Part shown: piece after piece, positions 1-9,597 of the stretch | Layout of the letters: every line of letters begins with the position of its first letter | How positions within the stretch are numbered: the first letter of the stretch is position 1 | IMG/VR virus record: IMGVR_UViG_3300037010_002778 | Location: 1-54,223 of that record | Direction: 5' to 3' (one strand) | Length of the DNA: 54,223 nt | DNA from: a virus | Lineage: Duplodnaviria > Caudoviricetes | Notes under the pieces: model-generated | Seen by the model: the letters and a program-made list of their open reading frames with translations, nothing else | What the model was told of the DNA's origin: nothing | Databases searched by the model: none | Position numbers and translations under genes: made by a program

Positions 1-1921
1 AGTTATAGGAAATCAAGGAACTCAAGGAAATACTGGAGCTCAAGGATCTCAAGGATTCCAAGGAATTATAGGAAATCAAGGAACTCAAGGAAATACTGGA
101 GCTCAAGGTTCTCAAGGGTATCAAGGAATTATAGGAAATCAAGGAACTCAAGGAAATACTGGAGCTCAAGGTTCTCAAGGATTCCAAGGAATTATAGGAA
201 ATCAAGGAACTCAAGGAAATACTGGAGCTCAAGGTTCTCAAGGGTATCAAGGAATTATAGGAAATCAAGGAACTCAAGGAAATACTGGAGCTCAAGGTCC
301 TCAAGGATTCCAAGGAATTATAGGAAATCAAGGAGCTCAAGGAAATACTGGAACTCAAGGTCCTCAAGGATTCCAAGGAATTGTAGGAGTTCAAGGACCT
401 CAAGGAAATACTGGAGCACAAGGTCCTCAAGGATTCCAAGGAGTTATAGGAAATCAAGGAACTCAAGGAAATACTGGAATTCAAGGTCCTCAAGGGTATC
501 AAGGAGTTATAGGAAATCAAGGATTCCAAGGTAAAACTGGAGCTCAAGGATCTCAAGGGTATCAAGGAGTTATAGGAAATCAAGGAACTCAAGGAAACGC
601 TGGAGCTCAAGGATCTCAAGGATTCCAAGGAATTATAGGAAATCAAGGAACTCAAGGAAATACTGGCTCTCAAGGATCTCAAGGACCTCAAGGCACTCAA
701 GGAAATACAGGAACTCAAGGAGTTCAAGGACCTCAAGGAAATACTGGAGCTCAAGGAACTCAAGGATATACAGGAGTTTGCGAATGTGATAAAATAATAA
801 TAGTAACAAACGATGATGATGTAAATTGTTCAAATTTATTAAGTATAGTCGATCCGTCAGGATCATCACTAACATTATGTGATTATTATAAACTTACAAA
901 TTTAACAGCAAAAAAAGTTACTATTTATGATATAAATGGATGTACAAAAGACTTTATAATTTCAAAAGATGGAAATGGTAATTGCACATGTGAAGAAAAA
1001 GAAAAATGTTGTAAAAATGGAGATTTAAGCAAAGTTGTTCCTGGTAGTGGTGGATTAACTCAAGGACAAATTTTAAATTCATTAAACGCTTATGCAAATA
1101 CATTATCTCCTCCTTTAGGTCCTTATACTTTAAATAATTTATGTATGGCTTATAATAGTGATGATAATAAAATTTTTCAACCTGATGGCATTTACTATAC
1201 GGAAAGTGACAAAGTATATAAACTTGAAGTAGAAAAAGATGACTGTGGATGTAAAATAATTTCATTTGAACTTTTTGGTTGGATACGTACATTTGCTAAT
1301 CCAGTTTTAAATACACAAAATACATCACAAATATTTAATTTAGATTCAGTTTATATAAAAGGATCAGGAGCTTATAGAATACCAATTGAAATAAAAAATT
1401 CTATAACAGCTACATCAGGAACTTTTATATCATCATATTTATATCAAGCAACAGCAACAACTGTTTTAGAATCTACACCAATATGGCAATATTATACATC
1501 AATCTATAATCCATATCCTACATTAACTGGTTTTCAAGGTTATGTATTAACAAATACTGGTACAAGTGTAACTTGGAATAATATTTCAGGATTTCAAGGA
1601 AATCAAGGATTTCAAGGATTTCAAGGTTCACAAGGAAGTGGTTTGCCAACACCAAATCAACAGACTGATATTGGAAAAATAATTACATACGCAGGACAGC
1701 CCCAAGGAGGTATTATATGGAATACAATCCATAATTTAAATATATCTGGATTTACATCAGTTGCAAACGAACCACGTACAATAACAATATTAGATGATTC
1801 AACATGGAATTATTCAGATCCTAATGTATTTTTTGCAGCTGGAAATATGCAAAGTACAGTAGCCGCAATTAAAACTTTACAAACTAATTATAATCGTCTT
1901 TTATCAAAATTAGTATTTTAA
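1..1921 (+). CDS. Collagen-like (G-x-Q) fibre/tail protein, 5'-truncated by the window edge
   Basis: Frame 2 reads open from base 2 to the TAA at 1919-1921, so the track ORF 1145..1921 is only its C-terminal part. It has about 255 aa of G-X-Y triplets (VIGNQGTQGNTGAQGSQGFQG), a Cys-rich stretch (CECD, CTCEEKEKCC) and a second short GFQGNQGFQG block. Confidence 0.85.
   Translation, partial: VIGNQGTQGNTGAQGSQGFQGIIGNQGTQGNTGAQGSQGYQGIIGNQGTQGNTGAQGSQGFQGIIGNQGTQGNTGAQGSQGYQGIIGNQGTQGNTGAQGPQGFQGIIGNQGAQGNTGTQGPQGFQGIVGVQGPQGNTGAQGPQGFQGVIGNQGTQGNTGIQGPQGYQGVIGNQGFQGKTGAQGSQGYQGVIGNQGTQGNAGAQGSQGFQGIIGNQGTQGNTGSQGSQGPQGTQGNTGTQGVQGPQGNTGAQGTQGYTGVCECDKIIIVTNDDDVNCSNLLSIVDPSGSSLTLCDYYKLTNLTAKKVTIYDINGCTKDFIISKDGNGNCTCEEKEKCCKNGDLSKVVPGSGGLTQGQILNSLNAYANTLSPPLGPYTLNNLCMAYNSDDNKIFQPDGIYYTESDKVYKLEVEKDDCGCKIISFELFGWIRTFANPVLNTQNTSQIFNLDSVYIKGSGAYRIPIEIKNSITATSGTFISSYLYQATATTVLESTPIWQYYTSIYNPYPTLTGFQGYVLTNTGTSVTWNNISGFQGNQGFQGFQGSQGSGLPTPNQQTDIGKIITYAGQPQGGIIWNTIHNLNISGFTSVANEPRTITILDDSTWNYSDPNVFFAAGNMQSTVAAIKTLQTNYNRLLSKLVF
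2..775 (+). repeat. 63-bp (21-aa, 7-triplet) tandem collagen repeat
   Basis: The unit ataggaaatcaaggaactcaaggaaatactggagctcaagg(t/a)(t/c)ctcaagg... recurs about 11-12 times with 63-bp period and decays toward 775. Confidence 0.95.
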
Positions 1922-1935
1922 AATTTAAATTTTTG

Positions 1936-1945
1936 AATATATAAA
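1936..1945 (+). promoter_or_regulatory. Putative late promoter, AATATATAAA motif
   Basis: The same motif lies about 15-35 nt upstream of several late/structural genes (13336, 14275, 17647, 30264, 31784, 37554 minus strand, 52358). A gp55-like sigma is encoded in the window. Confidence 0.5.
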
Positions 1946-1970
1946 AAAATTTAAAAAAATACTCGAATCA

Positions 1971-2753
1971 ATGGATGATATTATTCAACAAAACTTACAT
2001 TCGTTCGTATACACTTTCGGTAGTATAGCGTTAATGATATTATTATATTTATTAAATAAAATAACCGGTGATTTTATTGTAAGTACAATAAAAAAAATAT
2101 TTAAAAATATATATGAATTTATTATAGGCGATAGAATAGATGTAAAATCTCAAAATATAATATATTGTATAAATAATGATTTATCTGAACTTAGAGTTTA
2201 TACCGAAGCTTCAAGAGCTTTTGTATTAGAGTTTCATAATGGCTCAGAATATTTGTCAAATTTTCCACAATGGAAATTATCTCAAAGCTACGAAAAAAAT
2301 GCTCCTGGTATTGCGTACAATGGTTATGAATTTCAAAATATACCAGCAACATTAATATGGGATGATTATTTAAAAATATTTTTTGATAAAGATATAGAAT
2401 TACCAAAAGGTATAATTAAAATTGATTCTATTAAAAAATGTCCAAATATGTGTAGTGAAAATAGACCAATTTTTTTAATTACAACTGAAAATTTAGATTA
2501 CGATGCAGGACCAGCACGAAGTCTTTTTGAAAAAAGAGGAATAAGATATAGTATACAAACTCCTATAATATCAAATTTTAATAAATCAATTATTGGAATA
2601 GCAGGTTTAGATTATATTGATGAAAATGTAGATTTAAACGAAATAAATGAGTGTTTTTTATGTAAATTTAGTTCAAATTTAGCATTTATTTGGAATGATA
2701 GTATTAAAAAACAAAAACTTTTAAAGCATCATATAAAAATTTTACAAGAATAA
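1971..2753 (+). CDS. Putative holin (T4 T-like: N-terminal TM helix plus GAF-like domain)
   Basis: Hydrophobic helix FVYTFGSIALMILLYLL, ASRAFVLEFHNG motif, and GAF-like end IQTPII...IIGIAGLDY. It lies directly after a fibre gene. Confidence 0.55.
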   Translation: MDDIIQQNLHSFVYTFGSIALMILLYLLNKITGDFIVSTIKKIFKNIYEFIIGDRIDVKSQNIIYCINNDLSELRVYTEASRAFVLEFHNGSEYLSNFPQWKLSQSYEKNAPGIAYNGYEFQNIPATLIWDDYLKIFFDKDIELPKGIIKIDSIKKCPNMCSENRPIFLITTENLDYDAGPARSLFEKRGIRYSIQTPIISNFNKSIIGIAGLDYIDENVDLNEINECFLCKFSSNLAFIWNDSIKKQKLLKHHIKILQE

Positions 2754-2782
2754 AAAAAATAAAATGTAAATTACAAAAAATT

Positions 2783-3055
2783 ATGATATTTTTCAAAACA
2801 TTTAAATATTTATATTTAGATTTTAGAGCATTTTTATATGCAGTACAACAAGGTAAAAAACTAAGAGTTACAAATGAAATAGCAAATCAACGAATAGGAA
2901 TTTGTAAAAATTGTGAAAATTTAAATCAAGAATTTAAAATTTTTAATTATAAGTTTTTAAGGTGTGGTATTTGTGGATGTATTTTACGAGCAAAAACAAA
3001 ATTGACATTTGAAAATTGTCCTGATAATCCTCCTAAATGGAAATCCTCGTTTTAG
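2783..3055 (+). CDS. Small Cys-rich putative zinc-binding phage protein
   Basis: R..IC..C, RCGICGC and CP...KW pattern. Confidence 0.7.
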   Translation: MIFFKTFKYLYLDFRAFLYAVQQGKKLRVTNEIANQRIGICKNCENLNQEFKIFNYKFLRCGICGCILRAKTKLTFENCPDNPPKWKSSF

Positions 3056-3068
3056 AGGATTTTTTTTT
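3041..3068 (+). terminator. Rho-independent terminator
   Basis: AAATCCTC-gtttta-GAGGATTT stem-loop followed by a T run. Confidence 0.8.
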
Positions 3069-3114
3069 AAACAAAAATGAAAAATTTTAATATAAAAAAC
3101 AAAAATTATAATAA

Positions 3115-3831
3115 ATGGCTATTATTATTTCATCTACAGGTGTTGTAACTGAAGTTGCTCCTGATCCTCAAGTTGGATATTTTACAATGAAAACAATTTA
3201 TAATTTTTTAAAAGCTTTAGTTGAACCTGTTTTTATAGGCACTAAATGGATGTTTCATTGTAAAACAGGTTTATCTTTAGGATACCAAATAAATAAGCAA
3301 GCTTCGGAAATTGCAGGATTTTTAGTATATGGTGATGTTTTAATAGCCGATGATTTTGAACTTTCGTCAACTTTTTTTATTCCAGAAGATTTAAAAAATG
3401 AAATAAAAAACGAAATCATAAAATTTTATAAAAATTTTGAACAAAGTTATCAAAATGAATTATCACAAAATATAAAACAAAAAAGAAGTAAAAGGGATAT
3501 ACTTTCTTTACTTAAAGAAGATGATGAAACGATTAATGAATTTACACAATCATTAAATAGAAAAGAAACAATAACTGAAAAAATAATGTCAAGTTTATAT
3601 AAATATTTGTTTGGTAGTAAAAAAAGTTTTAAACAATTAATGAAAAATTTTATATTAAAAATAGATAATACAGAATTTGTAATTGAAGATTCGTTAGAAT
3701 ATAGGAATAAAATATTTAATGTTTTATTACAATTTTATATTAATAAAGAAGATTATGAAAAATGCGAAAAAATAAAAAAATATATAGAAAATTTAAACAA
3801 ATATTACGAGGTTAAAAATGAAAAAAATTGA
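3115..3831 (+). CDS. Hypothetical protein with C-terminal UVR-like motif
   Basis: 238-aa ORF; EDYEKCEKIK resembles the UvrB/UvrC coiled-coil motif. Confidence 0.6.
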   Translation: MAIIISSTGVVTEVAPDPQVGYFTMKTIYNFLKALVEPVFIGTKWMFHCKTGLSLGYQINKQASEIAGFLVYGDVLIADDFELSSTFFIPEDLKNEIKNEIIKFYKNFEQSYQNELSQNIKQKRSKRDILSLLKEDDETINEFTQSLNRKETITEKIMSSLYKYLFGSKKSFKQLMKNFILKIDNTEFVIEDSLEYRNKIFNVLLQFYINKEDYEKCEKIKKYIENLNKYYEVKNEKN

Positions 3832-4573
3832 GTTAAATTTATTAAACTCAAAATTATTAATTGATTTTATTATAAAATTTAGAGTTTTAGATAAAAATAT
3901 TTTATTAGAAATTAGTAGTGACAAATTAATAGCAAAAACATTTAAAGATGAATTAAATATTATGAAGTATGGAATTATAGAATTTGATGATATATTTGCA
4001 TATTCCAAAAAAAATGATAAAATAGATGAAACTATAAAATTATGGGTTTATAATATCGATAAATTTAAAGCAGCTTTATTAGCAGTAGGAGATTGTAAAT
4101 TTATTATTTCTTATGATGAAACTGATATGTCAGCTACTCAAATCGAATTAAAAACAAAAAATATTAAAAAAATAATAAAAGTTTTAAATAATTTAGAATT
4201 TAACGAAATTGAAGGTGACAAAATTGAAAAATTATTTGATATAAAAAATTGTTTTGCTAATATTTATTTAAATAAAGAATTTTTATTTAAATTAAAACAA
4301 TTAACTGATTTAGAAGTTGAAGGCGGTTTTGTAATTAGTACTGAAGATTCAAAAATTATTTTTATAGGTTCTGAATTTGAATTAAATTTTGACGGAGAAT
4401 TTAAAATTTTAAATGATGAAATTAAAAAATTTATAGTTAATCGATCAATTTTTAAATTTATAGATAACGAAGATTATAATGTTTATTTGAAAGAAAATGC
4501 TATTTTATTCTTTGACAATAATAATTTTAAATTAGCATCAGGTTTATTGGAATCGCAGGATGAAATTAACTAA
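3818..4573 (+). CDS. Putative sliding clamp (gp45/PCNA-like)
   Basis: 251 aa, acidic, alternating helix/strand pattern of clamp size. It is directly upstream of the PolB fragment and a clamp loader is present in the window. There is no diagnostic motif, so the call is partly contextual. Confidence 0.5.
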   Translation: MKKIELNLLNSKLLIDFIIKFRVLDKNILLEISSDKLIAKTFKDELNIMKYGIIEFDDIFAYSKKNDKIDETIKLWVYNIDKFKAALLAVGDCKFIISYDETDMSATQIELKTKNIKKIIKVLNNLEFNEIEGDKIEKLFDIKNCFANIYLNKEFLFKLKQLTDLEVEGGFVISTEDSKIIFIGSEFELNFDGEFKILNDEIKKFIVNRSIFKFIDNEDYNVYLKENAILFFDNNNFKLASGLLESQDEIN

Positions 4574-5717
4574 AGAATATGAAAATATGACAAAGGAAGA
4601 ACTGGAAATTGAATTAAAAGGTTTAATTTCTAATAGGAATAATGTTTCAAATTTAGAAAAAGCTATAAAACGAATTTTAGTTTCTTCCTATGGTGTATTT
4701 GGTAATAAATATTTCAATTTTTTTAATAAAGATATAGCTGAAACAATAGCATTACAAGGACAAACGTTAATAAAATTTTCAAGTGATATTATAAATAAAT
4801 ATTTTTTAAATTATTGGCATAAAGATAAAAAATTACATAAAACATTAAATATTACTGATGTTAAACCTATAGATCGTAATTTAATTATAGCTGGTATTGT
4901 TGATTCATTGTTTGTAGATTTTAATACTGTAATTAATAGTTGTAAATTTGAATATTCAAAAATTGAATTTATTTTAAATCTTTATAATTATAGATTAAAG
5001 CAGTTTATAAAATTACAAATAGATAAATTTTCAAATAATTATAATACAAATAGTATTTATAATTTTGAATTAAAATCAGTATCTGAATATGCTGCATTTT
5101 TTTCAAAAAATCATTATATTTTATCAATTAAATGGGCAAATGATATAGTATATGAATCGTTAGAGAAATTTAAAATTGCAGGCGTTGAAATTATAAACAA
5201 AACATATCCAAAATTTGCAAGAGACAAATTAAATGAATTAATGAAATACTTTTTTAAAAATAATTTTAGTATATCAACTAATGAAATTATTGAAAAATTA
5301 AAAAATTTAAAAAAACAATTTAAACTTCAAGATATTAATGATATTTCAATGTCAATTGGTATAGGAGAATATGAAAAATATGTCACTCATAAAAAAAATG
5401 AAATTATAATTGAAAGCAAAACTCCTATACACATAAAAGCAGCAGCAAATTATAATAGTGAATTATTAAAAAATAAAAACTTTAGAAATAAGTACATGCT
5501 AATACGCAAATCATCAAGAATAAAATATTTTTATTCAAAAGGAAATTATGAAACTTTTGCTTTTATAAATGGATATTTTCCTATTGAATTTGCGCCAGAA
5601 TTTGATTACGATAAAATGTTTCATAAATTAATAGTTGAACCTATTCAAAAATTTATGAAACTTTTTAATAAAAATAATATACCAGAAAATTTAATAACAT
5701 TTAAAAAAATTTTTTAA
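4560..5717 (+). CDS. Family B DNA polymerase C-terminal half (gp43B-like) with degenerate catalytic motifs
   Basis: Motif B region EKAIKRILVSSYGVFGNKYFNFF...AETIALQGQ, motif C region IIAGIVDSLF, thumb motifs KIAGVE and TPIHIKAAANYN. Exonuclease domain and motif A are absent. Confidence 0.85.
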   Translation: MKLTKEYENMTKEELEIELKGLISNRNNVSNLEKAIKRILVSSYGVFGNKYFNFFNKDIAETIALQGQTLIKFSSDIINKYFLNYWHKDKKLHKTLNITDVKPIDRNLIIAGIVDSLFVDFNTVINSCKFEYSKIEFILNLYNYRLKQFIKLQIDKFSNNYNTNSIYNFELKSVSEYAAFFSKNHYILSIKWANDIVYESLEKFKIAGVEIINKTYPKFARDKLNELMKYFFKNNFSISTNEIIEKLKNLKKQFKLQDINDISMSIGIGEYEKYVTHKKNEIIIESKTPIHIKAAANYNSELLKNKNFRNKYMLIRKSSRIKYFYSKGNYETFAFINGYFPIEFAPEFDYDKMFHKLIVEPIQKFMKLFNKNNIPENLITFKKIF

Positions 5718-5718
5718 A

Positions 5719-6114
5719 ATGGCTGATAAAATAAGTATTGAAGATATAAAAAAGAAAATTGAATATTTAACAACTTCTCAAGAAGTTTGGGGTCCTTCAG
5801 ATGACAAAATAAAAGCAGATTTAAGTTTGGCGTATATGAGAAAAAAATTAAGAGAAGTTTTAGATGATATTACAAATTTTGAATTGTATATTGAAGATTA
5901 CATAAAACAAGAAATTGACAAAGTTATAAAAAATGAAATTCCAAATAAAATTGGATTAGCAACGAACAGTATAAACTTTAATATTGATTTAAAATTAACA
6001 ACAATAAAAGACAATATAAATATTTTATATAAAAATGAAACATTAATTAGTCAAAAACTTAAAGATTTACTTGGTTCTGAATTGAAAATTGAAGAAATAA
6101 AAGGAAACATTTAA
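5719..6114 (+). CDS. Hypothetical protein
   Basis: 131-aa ORF tightly packed in the operon. Confidence 0.7.
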   Translation: MADKISIEDIKKKIEYLTTSQEVWGPSDDKIKADLSLAYMRKKLREVLDDITNFELYIEDYIKQEIDKVIKNEIPNKIGLATNSINFNIDLKLTTIKDNINILYKNETLISQKLKDLLGSELKIEEIKGNI

Positions 6115-6392
6115 TGAAACAATTAAATCCACCTATTTTAAAACAATTTGATGTTCATAGAGCGTTGGATATAATATATGATAGTGCAAATAGTAATGTA
6201 GTTGGATATTTAAACGAAGATCCTGATGAACAAGCTTGGTTCTTTTTTATAAAAGATTATATAAGTGAATTATATTCTACAAAGGATAAAGCACTTGAAG
6301 AATTGGTAAAATTTTATATTCAAAATAGGTATGATACTTTATTTAGTAAAATGGGATTAGTAAACAATGAAAATTTTGTAAAAGGAAAATAG
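6114..6392 (+). CDS. Hypothetical protein
   Basis: 92-aa ORF with TAATG stop/start overlap. Confidence 0.7.
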   Translation: MKQLNPPILKQFDVHRALDIIYDSANSNVVGYLNEDPDEQAWFFFIKDYISELYSTKDKALEELVKFYIQNRYDTLFSKMGLVNNENFVKGK

Positions 6393-6394
6393 AA

Positions 6395-6706
6395 ATGGCA
6401 AAAAAGAAAATAGAAGAAAGTATTGGGTCCAAATTTTCAATAAATGATTTGGCAAAAAAATTAAGTATATTAAATTTAGTCGAGGAAATTAATATTGCAG
6501 ATACGAATGAACGAGTTAAAATTAAAGATTGGATTAGTACAGGTAATTTATTATTAAATGCACAAATTTCAAGTTCTTTAGAAAAAGGTATACCTTCTGG
6601 TAGAACTGTATTATTAGCCGGAGAATCTGGATGTTTGCATCCTACTCAAAAAATAAAAGTATACATATCTCAATTTGACGAAGAAAAAGAAATCGAAACT
6701 ATATAA
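6395..6706 (+). CDS. uvsX: UvsX/RecA N-extein (79 aa) fused to a 24-aa split-intein N fragment
   Basis: WISTGNLLLN...GIPSGRTVLLAGESG is the RecA N-terminus up to mid Walker A. It is followed by intein block A CLHPTQKIKV (Cys at 6632) and a stop. Confidence 0.9.
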   Translation: MAKKKIEESIGSKFSINDLAKKLSILNLVEEINIADTNERVKIKDWISTGNLLLNAQISSSLEKGIPSGRTVLLAGESGCLHPTQKIKVYISQFDEEKEIETI

Positions 6707-6751
6707 AATCACCAATAAACTTTAAGAAATTTTTTAAAAGCGAGATTTTAA

Positions 6752-8200
6752 ATGAGCATGATAGAAGAAAAATTAAATGAATTATTAAAATTTTATGGAA
6801 ATTTTTGTGAAATAGAAAAAGTTTTTAATATTAGTAAATATGATTTAGATGATAAACTAATTGAAAAAATATTTAATATTCATTGTGAAAAAAATTCAAT
6901 AGAGATTGAAGTAGAAGAATTATTTACAAAATATAAAGATAAGCGAATATATGTAAATTCGTTAGATGGCTATAATAAAATAAATAGAATTTTTAAAAAG
7001 TCAAAACGTAAAATGTATCAATTGTTAACTAAAGATTATTCAATTAAATGTTCTTATGACCATTTAATTGAAACACCCGAAGGGTTTATTAAAACTGAAA
7101 ATTTAAATATAAATTCTTTTGTAGTTGGCGAAAAAGGAAATCAAGTAATTTTAAGTAAAGAAACAATAGAAGATTCTATTGTTTATGATTTTGAAATTAA
7201 TCATATTAATCATAGATATTTATGTGGTGGGTTTTCAAATCATAACACAGGTAAAACATTTTTATGTCTTAATATAGCAAAAAATGCACAAAAAAAGGGT
7301 TATAAAATAATATGGATCGATAGTGAAAAAGCTGCTGATGATTTAATGTTTGAGCGTTTTGGAATCGATACGACATCAATGATTTATGTTGATGATATTG
7401 ATACAGTGAATAGACTTTCAACATTTCTTGTAAATTTTGTTGATATGTTACAAGAAGCAAAAGCAAAAAATGTTGAGGTTGATAAATACATAGTTATTAT
7501 AGATTCATTAGCTAATTTGTCAACTGATAAAGAAATAAAAGATGTTCAAACGGGTTCTGACAAAGCTGATATGACAAGACCTAAAGAATTAAGAAGATTA
7601 TTTAGAGTTTGTACTTCAAAATTAGGTAGAATTGATATACCAGTTATTATAACTAATCATGTTTATGCTTCTATTGATATGTTTACACATGGAAATACAA
7701 TGTCAGGTGGAGGAGGTCCTGCGTATAATGGTTCAATAATTGTAGAATTATTTAAATCACAGTTAAAAGAAACGGCTGATTCTGCAGCGACTGGAATAGT
7801 AGTTCGTTCTGTTATTAAAAAATCAAGGTTTTCAAAATCAAATATTCCAATAAAGTTTCATATTTCGTTTTATAAAGGTATGAATCAGTATGTTGGTTTA
7901 GATGATTATATTGATTGGGAAACATGTGGAATTGGTTGGGGTAAAATAGAAAAAGGTGAATTTATACCTACAACAACTGGTAGAACAATAGCAGTTAAAC
8001 ATTTAGAAAAACATATATCGCCAAAAGAATTATTTACAAATAAAGTTTTTACAAAAGAAATTATAAAAGAGCTTGATAAAAAAATTCAAAAAGTTTTTGA
8101 ACTTCCAAAATCAAATGATTTAGAAACTGAATTAGAAGATATAGCAAATATAATTGAGTTTGAAAAAAATGAAGTAGAACTAAATGAAACCGAGGGTTAA
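6752..8200 (+). CDS. uvsX: Split-intein C fragment (165 aa) fused to the UvsX/RecA C-extein
   Basis: Intein block B CSYDH, block F VYDFEI, block G SNHN ending at 7246. Then TGKT (completing Walker A), IDSEKA, IIDSL, ITNHVY and SGGGG RecA/UvsX motifs. Confidence 0.92.
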   Translation: MSMIEEKLNELLKFYGNFCEIEKVFNISKYDLDDKLIEKIFNIHCEKNSIEIEVEELFTKYKDKRIYVNSLDGYNKINRIFKKSKRKMYQLLTKDYSIKCSYDHLIETPEGFIKTENLNINSFVVGEKGNQVILSKETIEDSIVYDFEINHINHRYLCGGFSNHNTGKTFLCLNIAKNAQKKGYKIIWIDSEKAADDLMFERFGIDTTSMIYVDDIDTVNRLSTFLVNFVDMLQEAKAKNVEVDKYIVIIDSLANLSTDKEIKDVQTGSDKADMTRPKELRRLFRVCTSKLGRIDIPVIITNHVYASIDMFTHGNTMSGGGGPAYNGSIIVELFKSQLKETADSAATGIVVRSVIKKSRFSKSNIPIKFHISFYKGMNQYVGLDDYIDWETCGIGWGKIEKGEFIPTTTGRTIAVKHLEKHISPKELFTNKVFTKEIIKELDKKIQKVFELPKSNDLETELEDIANIIEFEKNEVELNETEG

Positions 8201-8205
8201 AAACG

Positions 8206-9597
8206 ATGACAAATTCTATTCAATTAGAAAAAATACTATATTCTTATATAAGAAGTAATCCAAGTTTATATAAAAAAGTAAAAACTAATTATTTTGAAAA
8301 TAAAGAATTAGCATTTATTTATAAAATTGAAAAAGGATTTGTTGAAAAATTTAATTCAATACCAACTTCAAAACAAATTAAAGAACTTATAAATATTGAA
8401 TTTGAAAAAAATAATGAAATTGATATTGATACATATTTTACGATAATAGATAATTTATATAAAATTGATTTAACTGAATATGACATCGAATGGTTAAAAA
8501 AGACAATTGAAGCTATAATTTATTGGAAAACTTTAGATAATTCGATGTTTGATGCTATTACTTTTATGAAGTCAAGTGATGTAAAAGTTGATAATGTTGT
8601 CGAAATAGTTGAAAAAGTAAAAGAAATAATTTTAGAACGAAATAATTTATCGTTTGGTTTTAGTCAAGGATTAGATTTTTTAAATTATGAAGCACATATA
8701 CAATCAAAAGGTGATTATTTTACGACTGGTTATCCATTTTTCGACAAATGTTTAGGTGGCGGTTATAAAAGAAAAACTTTAGTAGCATTTTTAGGTAAAC
8801 AAAAATCTGGTAAGTCGTTAATAATGACAAATTTAGCAGCTGAATTAATTAAACTTGGAAAAAATGTAGTTATTGTAACATTAGAAATGTCAGAGAAATC
8901 AGTCATTAAAAGAGTAGGTTCGAATTTATTAAAAATAAATATGAAAGATTATGATGAAATTTCAAATGATGAAAAAAAATTTAAACTTATTTTAAATAAA
9001 TTTAAAAAACGATACGAATCGCGTCTTGATGGATTAGGTAAATTGTTTATAAAAGAATTTCCAACAAGTGCTGCTGGCGTACCAGAAATAGAAAATTATA
9101 TTAAACAATTAGAAGAAGTACAAAATATAAAAATTGATACTGTTATAGTTGATTATATAAATATTATGAAAAATTGGAGAAATCCAAATTCTGAAAATAC
9201 TTATTTAAAAATAAAAACAATTGCTGAAGATTTACGAGCTATGGCGGTTAGAGGAAATTATGTTGTTATTACAGCAACACAAACTGTTAGAAAAAAAGAA
9301 TCAAGTACTGAATTAAGTGCAGAAGATGTATCCGAATCAATAGGTTTAATTTCAACAATTGATGCATTATTTGGAATAATTCAAGATGAAAGTATGAGAG
9401 CTGATGGAAAGTATATTTTAAAGGCATTGGCTTTGAGAGATAGTGAATATACACATGAAAAACAACATTTTTTAGTTAATTACGAACAAATGAGAATTAA
9501 ACAAGATATGAATACTCAAAGTTATTCAAATGACAATGTTTTTAAAAATGTTAATGAAATTAATGGAGATACCGATGAACCGACGACCTGGGGATAA
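8206..9597 (+). CDS. Replicative DNA helicase (T4 gp41/DnaB-like)
   Basis: Walker A GKQKSGKS, TLEMSE, IKEFPT, IVDYINIM, IAEDLRAMA, TATQT, SESIG. Confidence 0.93.
   Translation: MTNSIQLEKILYSYIRSNPSLYKKVKTNYFENKELAFIYKIEKGFVEKFNSIPTSKQIKELINIEFEKNNEIDIDTYFTIIDNLYKIDLTEYDIEWLKKTIEAIIYWKTLDNSMFDAITFMKSSDVKVDNVVEIVEKVKEIILERNNLSFGFSQGLDFLNYEAHIQSKGDYFTTGYPFFDKCLGGGYKRKTLVAFLGKQKSGKSLIMTNLAAELIKLGKNVVIVTLEMSEKSVIKRVGSNLLKINMKDYDEISNDEKKFKLILNKFKKRYESRLDGLGKLFIKEFPTSAAGVPEIENYIKQLEEVQNIKIDTVIVDYINIMKNWRNPNSENTYLKIKTIAEDLRAMAVRGNYVVITATQTVRKKESSTELSAEDVSESIGLISTIDALFGIIQDESMRADGKYILKALALRDSEYTHEKQHFLVNYEQMRIKQDMNTQSYSNDNVFKNVNEINGDTDEPTTWG

Noticed and set aside
633-1292. Minus-strand ORFs 633..875 and 954..1292
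   Set aside because: They are shadows of the continuous plus-strand fibre gene.
6704-6751. Stop-codon reassignment or readthrough joining the uvsX halves
   Set aside because: There are three in-frame TAA codons, TAA is the dominant stop in the window, and long genes are intact under the standard code.
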